A stretch of DNA of 32,000 bases, taken from Promethearchaeota archaeon (GTDB taxonomy: Archaea > Asgardarchaeota > Lokiarchaeia > Sigyniarchaeales > SOKP01). Shown one piece after another: positions 25,709 to 32,000 of the stretch. The stretch covers positions 420,001 through 452,000 of the forward strand of contig JAUWGH010000002.1 of NCBI GenBank assembly GCA_030606485.1, in the 5' to 3' direction. The notes below the pieces were generated by a model. It was not told the DNA's origin. It worked only from the letters and a program-made list of their open reading frames with translations, and did no database searches. Made by a program: the position numbers and the translations under genes. Each line of letters opens with the position of its first letter. Within the stretch, counting starts at the first letter, position 1.

Positions 25709-26917
25709 TTACTTTTTCACACGTTCAGAAATTTCCTTGAAGTAACTATCACTCATACCTGCGATATAATCCCTCACGATCCAGCTAAGCTTATCTTGTT
25801 CCTTATATTTCTTATAATATATTGAAAAATCTCTATCGTCTATATATTCCATATGGTCTTTAAAAATGGGTGATTCATGATTCTCCATTTCTAAATCTTT
25901 TAAAGAAAATTCAAAAATCAAATTGAACTTGTCTCTTAACTTTTCCATAAAAGTCTTACCAGAATTATCTTTGATAAATAAATCCCTTCTTGAATAAATA
26001 TAGTCGTAGTTAAATTGTTTTAACTCTTTGAGAGCTTTAAATATTTCGTCAGAATAACCTATATACCCCTCCTCATTCTCAAAACTAAAATCTATTAGGT
26101 CTTTTATTAAAATATTCATTATTTTACGATTAGTGTCCCCAAGAACTTCTCTACAATTCTCGGGGATATCAGAACGATTAATAAATTTTAAAAGAATGGC
26201 ATCCTCAATATCTCTCCCTATATAGGAAATTGTATCACAAAATCTAACAACAATACCTTCATAAGACATTGGTATCCTTTTTGTTTTATTTTCGTGAAAA
26301 CAATCATTATATTCTTTAAAATGATCGTTCCAAGTCTTTCCATTTATTTCCACGGGTTTTAGCCGTTTTTCATTAACTTCACCATCATGACATAATATAC
26401 CATCTAGAACTTGTAATGTTAAATTTAATCCTTCAGCAGGTTTTGTTGGAAATCTCTTTTCTAGATAAAATAACCATCGAACTCCTTGAGCATTATGTAT
26501 AAAAGTGCCTAAACCGTATTTTTCAGTTATTTCATTTAGAATTTCTTCACCTAGATGTCCATAAGGAGTATGACCAATATCGTGCCCCAGAGCAATAGCT
26601 TCAATCAAGTCTGTATTTAATGCTAAAAGCCTACCAACTTGACGAGCAACTCTAGAAACTAAGGTAACATGTAGCGAACGGTGAGTAATATTAGCATTAT
26701 TTACTTCGAAGAATACTTGCGATTTATCTATATATCGGCTGAAGGAAAGACTGTGTCCTATTCTATCTACGTCTCTAAAAAAAGGAGGTCTGATATCTAA
26801 ATCCTGATCTTTTTCTTCATAATATCTTGAGGCCATAGAATCTAGAATACCAAGTGGACCAACGGAATTATCTCTTGATAAACGAGCCCTAAAACGATTA
26901 AATCTATCAATATCCAT
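25709..26917 (-). CDS. dgt: HD-domain deoxynucleoside triphosphate triphosphohydrolase (dGTPase-like)
   Basis: FFRDVDRI.HS.SFSR..DKSQVF, THRSLH, LGHDIGHTPYGHLGE, HNAQG, DGILCHDG, DTISY..DIEDA, DYIAGMSD.Y. Confidence 0.88.
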   Translation of the reverse strand: MDIDRFNRFRARLSRDNSVGPLGILDSMASRYYEEKDQDLDIRPPFFRDVDRIGHSLSFSRYIDKSQVFFEVNNANITHRSLHVTLVSRVARQVGRLLALNTDLIEAIALGHDIGHTPYGHLGEEILNEITEKYGLGTFIHNAQGVRWLFYLEKRFPTKPAEGLNLTLQVLDGILCHDGEVNEKRLKPVEINGKTWNDHFKEYNDCFHENKTKRIPMSYEGIVVRFCDTISYIGRDIEDAILLKFINRSDIPENCREVLGDTNRKIMNILIKDLIDFSFENEEGYIGYSDEIFKALKELKQFNYDYIYSRRDLFIKDNSGKTFMEKLRDKFNLIFEFSLKDLEMENHESPIFKDHMEYIDDRDFSIYYKKYKEQDKLSWIVRDYIAGMSDSYFKEISERVKK

Positions 26918-27305
26918 AAAAAATTTGTGAAATTATTAATAATATTAAATTTATTTTAATAATTCTTCATTTAATTACTTTTTTTCATACCATATACCAA
27001 AATTCAGAAAAATTAACATTTGGATCACAATTTTTATAACGCTCAAAATCTTCAAAAAATGGTTATGCTCGGTCTAATTAATCCTTTAAGAGATATTTTA
27101 TCACAATTTTTTCTTTCTTTCCGACGGTTTTATGCAAATTAACTTGCGTTGATTTGTTAGGTGGTCTAGTAAGCAAACGAGGCAGAGCGGGAAAAATTAT
27201 TTTAGGGTTTTAACTTTAATTATTTATTATTAAATATGAAAATATAAAAAATTATAAGTCAAAAAAAAGTTTTTTAATGGTAAATAAGATTTAACGCAAA
27301 TAATT

Positions 27306-27378
27306 AGCTCCGTAGTGTAGTGGCCAAGCATCTGGGGCTCTGAATCCTGGGACGGCGGTTCGAATCCGCCCGGAGCTA
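27306..27378 (+). tRNA. tRNA-Gln (anticodon CTG), intronless, CCA not encoded
   Basis: Acceptor AGCTCCG/CGGAGCT with the A1-U72 pair typical of archaeal tRNA-Gln; D loop AGTGGCCA; anticodon loop CT-CTG-AA (27340-27342); T arm GGCGG-TTCGAAT-CCGCC. Confidence 0.95.
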
Positions 27379-27379
27379 C

Positions 27380-27385
27380 TTTTTT
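27380..27385 (+). terminator. Oligo-T candidate terminator after tRNA-Gln
   Basis: T6 run directly after the tRNA 3' end; T runs are common in this genome, so support is weak. Confidence 0.35.
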
Positions 27386-27491
27386 GAATTGGATATCAGT
27401 ATTTATTAAAAAAAGAAAAAATATATTAAAATAGAATAACAATTAATTTATTAGAGAAAAATTTAAAAAATATTAAAAAGAGAATAATCAA

Positions 27492-27908
27492 ATGCCAATT
27501 ATTAGTTTTTCAGCTAACGATCAGTTGAAAAAATTCTTAAAAAAATTAGTTTCTAAAAAATATTATCCAAACCAGTCAAATGTTATAAGAGATGCACTTT
27601 TAAGACTTATGTCAACAATGGAAGTTTCAGAGATAGAGAGAGATGTAGTTTCAGAAAAGATAAAAAGGAAAATAATTGGAAACGCAATATTAGTGATAAA
27701 ACATGATGATGATTTAGCTATTAAGAAAATTTCAAAGATAGAAACTGATTATCAGGATTACATTGCAGGTAAATCACAATTCTTATACTCTAAATATAAA
27801 ACAATATTATTAGTTTTTGAAGGTGAGTTTGATAACTTCCACAATTTTATTACAGAATTAAATACTATTGAAAATTTAAAGAATTTTCGATATATAATTA
27901 TTAGTTAA
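27492..27908 (+). CDS. Ribbon-helix-helix transcriptional regulator with NikR-like C-terminal domain (nickel ligands absent)
   Basis: N-terminal IISFSANDQL..FL..LV...YPNQSNVIRDAL (CopG/NikR RHH); the C-terminal IGNAILVIKHD...EG region aligns by eye to the NikR ACT-like domain. Confidence 0.8.
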   Translation: MPIISFSANDQLKKFLKKLVSKKYYPNQSNVIRDALLRLMSTMEVSEIERDVVSEKIKRKIIGNAILVIKHDDDLAIKKISKIETDYQDYIAGKSQFLYSKYKTILLVFEGEFDNFHNFITELNTIENLKNFRYIIIS

Positions 27909-27927
27909 AAAATCAAAAGGAAAAAAT

Positions 27928-30294
27928 TTAGAGTTTTATTGCCCTTCCTATAACACTTTTAAAATTTTCTATATCATCAGCTAATTTTTCCGCATCATTA
28001 TCATTAATATTATCATTTTTACTGTATTTATTTAGACTTGTTAACCAAAACTCAATTCTATCCAAGACGGGGTGCGTCTCTCCCAAAAATTTTCTTACTC
28101 TCACAAATGTATCTTGAAGCTTGATACGGATATTATTTGCCCGCCATTTTAACATACAATAATCAGAAATTTCCATTAAATTTTGAGTAATGACCATTAT
28201 GTCAAGCGTTTTTTCACGCTCTTCAGATTTTATTTTTCTGATAATATTTATTTGCTCAAATAAGATTTCAATAATTTTTGCTAACCAACCAGTTAATTGC
28301 CCGGGATTTCCGCACCAAACTCTTAATTCTAATGATTGATTTTTAGAATTAATAAATATTCTAGTAATTATTCTCCCACCGGTTACTTTTGCTTCAGCAC
28401 AATACCATGCTTCAGCTTGGTAATTATCATCCTGACCTTCTTCATGAGAATTAACAATGGTAGTTTCAAAACTTTTTAGAGTTCTTTGGGCAGCTCTGAA
28501 AGCCAACCGAGGATCGAGATCAGCAATCATAAATGCTCTTGCATCACTCGGTAGGTCTTGGATCGCTAATTGACAATCTTCCACATTGTCGAGAGTAGTG
28601 ATGACTAATGGACATTTTATTTGCACATCTTTTCTCTTGAGATGTATGGTTTTTTTCTCACCTTTTGGAGACTTAAAGATAACTGTCCCACCGATTGAAG
28701 ATATTCCACATTCTCGGGGTTCTAGATAAAAATCAACTCCTCTTGAATTACCTGGTTCAATAACAGGAATTGAAATTATTTCATGTCGTAGATTATAACT
28801 AGAAGGGGCATCAAGTATAATTTTAATAGAGTGAATTGCCACATCACTATGATTTCGAACTACTACCTTAAAGTGTAATTGACCTCCTTGAAAATCATAT
28901 TCTCTAAGAACTTCAACTTTCTCAAATAACTTTGAATCACCTGTAGGAATCTCATCTAATTTTATTGAATATTGAGATGGGATGGGAGTTACTTTTTCTA
29001 GAATGAATATTTTATGTAATGAATCAATATATCCTTCAATGGAGCCCCGCGAAATCAGAATTGCTAATTTTTCCTCAATGTTTGACTCAGTTATTCCTAA
29101 ACGTCTTGCTAATTCTGTTAATGATATTTTCCTATAAACTTTAGTTATTTCCTTTATTTTGATTTCTAAGTGTTTTTGAGTCATAAATTCTCTTCTTTGA
29201 GTAAATACTCCCTTAAGTCCACCGCTTTGTATAAGATTAAATAATGTTCTGCGACTTAATTCAACAGCGATTTTGAGATCTTCTGATATTTTATTGAGTT
29301 TGAAGATTCCCTTGTCTTTCGCATATTTCTTTATTTCACTATTTAACTGCTTTTGGGTGATTACTTCATTTCCTTTATCCGCAAAAAAAGCAACTAACTT
29401 TTCTAATTTCATTAAATTTACACAAAAATTTTTAATATTTTCTGAGTGTAAATCTAATTCTTCACTAAGTTTTTTTATAGAAATTCTGCCCTTTGAATCG
29501 ATAATTTCCATTAATATATCAAAGATATGTTGTTTTGTGTAATATTTTTTTTTGCTTGTTGTAAAAGAACCTTTTATTTTATATTCCTTAATCAACTTTA
29601 ATATTAATTTTATAGTATTATCAGAACTCATATCCAACATTGAAGATAGATTTTGATTTTCAATAATTCCCTCTTCTTCAATTTTTGAAATAATTTTTTG
29701 TTTGATTTCTGATGAGATATAATAAAATAAATTATGAACCTTATCGATAATTCCATAAATTTTGTTTTCATTAATATAATTTTTAATTATTCCAACAATC
29801 TCGTCTGAACTGACGTTAAACATTGTTGATAACGTAGTAAAATTTGTAATTAAGGCACTTTTTAATACTGCTAAAAGGCATTTGGGACATACTTCCTTAC
29901 CTTCGAATTTACTTAATTTTTTATTGCATACTTCATCAAATCTTATTATACCAAGTCTTTTCGCATCTCTAAGAACTCTTTCTTTATAAGGATAAAATAT
30001 TCCAGGAGATTTTAAATACGAATTCCAACCACATTTTTTATCAGTGCATTTTAAGTAGAATTGACCAGAAGATAATTTATCTAACTGCACAAGCGATTTA
30101 CATTCAGGACATGAGCTTCTTTCTATTATGGAACAGCGATATCTTAGGACTTTAGCATTAGCTCTTGAATAATATAAATTATGTTCTTTACAATACCATT
30201 TTTCTGTACTGATTACATGGTTTATGCAAAAGGAAGCCCCACACTTCTCACAAGTAAATACTATGTTTTTATCTTCACAAAATTCGCATTTCAT
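27928..30294 (-). CDS. Multidomain protein: AN1-like Zn finger and Zn ribbons, five tandem PCI/winged-helix repeats, beta-sandwich, platform-like and helical C-terminal domains
   Basis: Cys/His clusters CEFC..CEKC..FC..H, CPEC..C.DKKC, CPKC. Repeats of about 60 aa across residues ~148-432; the last reads YRKISLTELARRLGI..IEEKLAILISRGSIEGYID (PCI consensus). Then a beta-rich FKVVVRN...IPVIEPGNSRGVDFYLEP domain. Confidence 0.75.
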   Translation of the reverse strand: MKCEFCEDKNIVFTCEKCGASFCINHVISTEKWYCKEHNLYYSRANAKVLRYRCSIIERSSCPECKSLVQLDKLSSGQFYLKCTDKKCGWNSYLKSPGIFYPYKERVLRDAKRLGIIRFDEVCNKKLSKFEGKEVCPKCLLAVLKSALITNFTTLSTMFNVSSDEIVGIIKNYINENKIYGIIDKVHNLFYYISSEIKQKIISKIEEEGIIENQNLSSMLDMSSDNTIKLILKLIKEYKIKGSFTTSKKKYYTKQHIFDILMEIIDSKGRISIKKLSEELDLHSENIKNFCVNLMKLEKLVAFFADKGNEVITQKQLNSEIKKYAKDKGIFKLNKISEDLKIAVELSRRTLFNLIQSGGLKGVFTQRREFMTQKHLEIKIKEITKVYRKISLTELARRLGITESNIEEKLAILISRGSIEGYIDSLHKIFILEKVTPIPSQYSIKLDEIPTGDSKLFEKVEVLREYDFQGGQLHFKVVVRNHSDVAIHSIKIILDAPSSYNLRHEIISIPVIEPGNSRGVDFYLEPRECGISSIGGTVIFKSPKGEKKTIHLKRKDVQIKCPLVITTLDNVEDCQLAIQDLPSDARAFMIADLDPRLAFRAAQRTLKSFETTIVNSHEEGQDDNYQAEAWYCAEAKVTGGRIITRIFINSKNQSLELRVWCGNPGQLTGWLAKIIEILFEQINIIRKIKSEEREKTLDIMVITQNLMEISDYCMLKWRANNIRIKLQDTFVRVRKFLGETHPVLDRIEFWLTSLNKYSKNDNINDNDAEKLADDIENFKSVIGRAIKL

Positions 30295-30413
30295 TTTTAT
30301 AAAACAATTGTTCTTTTACTAAAGATATATATTGTATTATTAAAAATTTTTATAGTCCAATAATTAATTATTATTATTATTAGCAAATTTAAAGAAAATT
30401 AAAATTTAGGCTA

Positions 30414-31082
30414 TTACAGAGGAAAAATATCTATTCGAAGTACCGAGAGAACTAATATTAGGATATTAAAAAAAATTATTAATATAATCATAATAATGGA
30501 AACCTTACTAGATTTTTGATTTTTTATCTTTCTTCTTTTTGAACTATATTCACTTATTATTGCTAATGGAAACAATCCAAGAAATGTACCTACAGAAAAG
30601 GATATAATTGTCAAGAATCCACTCAATAATCCGTAGCTTAAAGTCCAAGTAAAACATTGAGTATAAATTAATATCTCAAAAATACAAGGTGGAAGACCTG
30701 CTAAAATCCCGATAACATAAGGTGTTCTTTTTTTGTCCCAATCAATATCAATCTTTAATTCATCAGCATATTTAGAATGAGGGGCATAATGGTGAGTAAT
30801 AATATAAATTAACATAAAGACTGATACTATACAGCTTATTAATGCTCCAAAAAAATTTTTCACATAATTCTCTGTTGGAATAAATGTAAAAAATAAACTA
30901 AATAATGAAGCTAATGTGCCAATAAATACATTGGCAGTCATCAACCCTGCACCATATATGGATAACATAACCATACTATTTTTCCAATCTTTACTTACCC
31001 CAAATGACCAAAAGCAAAAAATTGCTTTGTCTTCACAAGGCATAAGTGTATGCAGAATTCCGATGATGAAGGCTGGCCACAA
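30414..31082 (-). CDS. Multi-pass membrane protein of the DsbD_2/CcdA/UreH-NicO-like group
   Basis: About six TM segments, GILHTLMPCEDK, GILAGLPPCIFE, FSVGT. The called start is TTG; the frame stays open 16 codons further upstream without an ATG. Confidence 0.6.
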   Translation of the reverse strand: MWPAFIIGILHTLMPCEDKAIFCFWSFGVSKDWKNSMVMLSIYGAGLMTANVFIGTLASLFSLFFTFIPTENYVKNFFGALISCIVSVFMLIYIITHHYAPHSKYADELKIDIDWDKKRTPYVIGILAGLPPCIFEILIYTQCFTWTLSYGLLSGFLTIISFSVGTFLGLFPLAIISEYSSKRRKIKNQKSSKVSIIMIILIIFFNILILVLSVLRIDIFPL

Positions 31083-31212
31083 TACCAGCAGTTGTTCAAG
31101 AATCTTGGATCCGCCTAAATTAAAATATTAAATTATTATTCAATATCTAAATCTGTATCTTTTTATTTTAAATTTTACATTTAATATTAAGATCTGTATA
31201 TTTATTATTGTT

Positions 31213-32000
31213 TCATTTAATTGAAGAATTCTTTAATGAAAATTTAATTAATCCATAAAAACATATTAGTAAGAATATAGTAGGGACAAAATTATAAGGA
31301 AATACGTCATGAATCAGATACCAGAGACCAGTAAAAAGCATACTAAAAAAACTCAATCCAAAGAAACCGGGTTTTATATACTTTTTTAGAATTATTAGGC
31401 TATTTGAAGAATGAAAAAATGTTATTGCTAAAATCGGTCCTAAAATTATAAGGTGATGATCCCAACTATCAAAATAAACTAATAACATAATTATTAATCC
31501 AAAACTAAAAGCATGAGTTATGTCAAATTGTGGATTAACTCTTACAAAATATATGAAAATACCTAACATCCCAATTATTATAAAAATTACTAAAAAGATG
31601 AGAAAGGAACTTACGGGAATTCCATATAAAATAATCACATTTAAGACTAATCGCGTAATGCTAAATGAATGATTTACAATTTCTGGTGTTGAACCAAAAA
31701 AATTTACTTCTAAAAAGCCATTCCATAAACCTGGAATAAATAAAAAAAATAAAATATTGAAACTTAATGGGAATATAATACCAACCAATCTCAGTATGCT
31801 TCTAAAGAAATCAATCTTGATTTTTTTATTTTTTAAATCAATTTTTAATAGGATTACAAAAGGTACTATAAAAATTGTTATAGGTTTTATAATTATACTT
31901 ATTCCTAAGCAAATTCCTCCAAGAATTTCCATATAAAGCGATGTTTTTGTTTTAAAAAAATAAATCGAAATTAGGAGAAAAAAAGTTACAAATAAATTGA
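31213..32000 (-). CDS. GT-C type membrane glycosyltransferase (GT87/DUF2029-like), C-terminal part; true start lies beyond the window
   Basis: The frame is open from the window end (NLFVTFFLLISIYFFKTKTSLY-MEILGGICLGISIIIKP). The LG.S..IKP motif, NHSFS and WDHH segments and a polytopic hydrophobic pattern fit the family. Confidence 0.65.
   Translation of the reverse strand, partial: NLFVTFFLLISIYFFKTKTSLYMEILGGICLGISIIIKPITIFIVPFVILLKIDLKNKKIKIDFFRSILRLVGIIFPLSFNILFFLFIPGLWNGFLEVNFFGSTPEIVNHSFSITRLVLNVIILYGIPVSSFLIFLVIFIIIGMLGIFIYFVRVNPQFDITHAFSFGLIIMLLVYFDSWDHHLIILGPILAITFFHSSNSLIILKKYIKPGFFGLSFFSMLFTGLWYLIHDVFPYNFVPTIFLLICFYGLIKFSLKNSSIK

Noticed and set aside
27146-27191. Short GC-enriched patch in the spacer between the dGTPase-like gene and tRNA-Gln
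   Set aside because: It has only a weak hairpin, no convincing start-to-stop ORF and no recognisable RNA family motif; it would need RNA-seq to revive.
27230-27442. 70-aa minus-strand ORF from the ORF track
   Set aside because: It is the antisense translation of tRNA-Gln (VAPGGFEPP... is the typical reverse-tRNA pattern) plus AT-rich flanks.
2088-30363. Numerous 60-140 aa ORFs antisense to or frame-shifted within long genes (e.g. 2088-2354, 4609-4875, 7281-7575, 9158-9352, 10444-10656, 15019-16381, 17682-17903, 18807-20276, 21143-21481, 22063-22254, 22965-23476, 29273-29542, 30181-30363)
   Set aside because: They fully or largely overlap well-supported genes and have no recognisable motifs; they are shadow ORFs.
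1-32000. CRISPR arrays, IS/transposases, integrases, rRNA, tRNA introns, and att-site duplications of either tRNA 3' end
   Set aside because: I saw no regularly spaced repeats, no transposase or recombinase motifs, no long GC-rich RNA blocks and no second copy of a tRNA 3' end within the window.

Overview
This is a gene-dense, AT-rich (roughly 30% GC by eye) archaeal chromosomal segment, most likely from an Asgard archaeon of the Lokiarchaeia type. That taxonomy is inferred from the proteasome beta subunit, aCPSF1/FttA, an archaeal tRNA-Gln with an A1-U72 pair, a diphthamide-less EF-2 paralogue and a PCI/winged-helix repeat protein. It holds about 29 CDS, two intronless tRNAs (Gly-CCC, Gln-CTG) and one radical SAM gene split by a single in-frame TAA. 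I saw no CRISPR array, transposase or rRNA. The most notable items are: (1) a 788-aa mosaic protein with Zn fingers, five DDRGK1/UFL1/PCI-like winged helices and an appendage-like C-terminus; (2) an apparent membrane-lipid operon of tetraether synthase Tes, an unknown 90-aa protein and a CTP-dependent prenol/DAG kinase family protein; (3) an ITPK1-like ATP-grasp protein; (4) an IFT52-like GIFT-domain protein preceded by a canonical G-quadruplex motif; (5) a sugar isomerase/aldolase double-TIM-barrel fusion; (6) a NikR-fold regulator lacking nickel ligands. All family calls come from motif recognition by eye; no database search was run.
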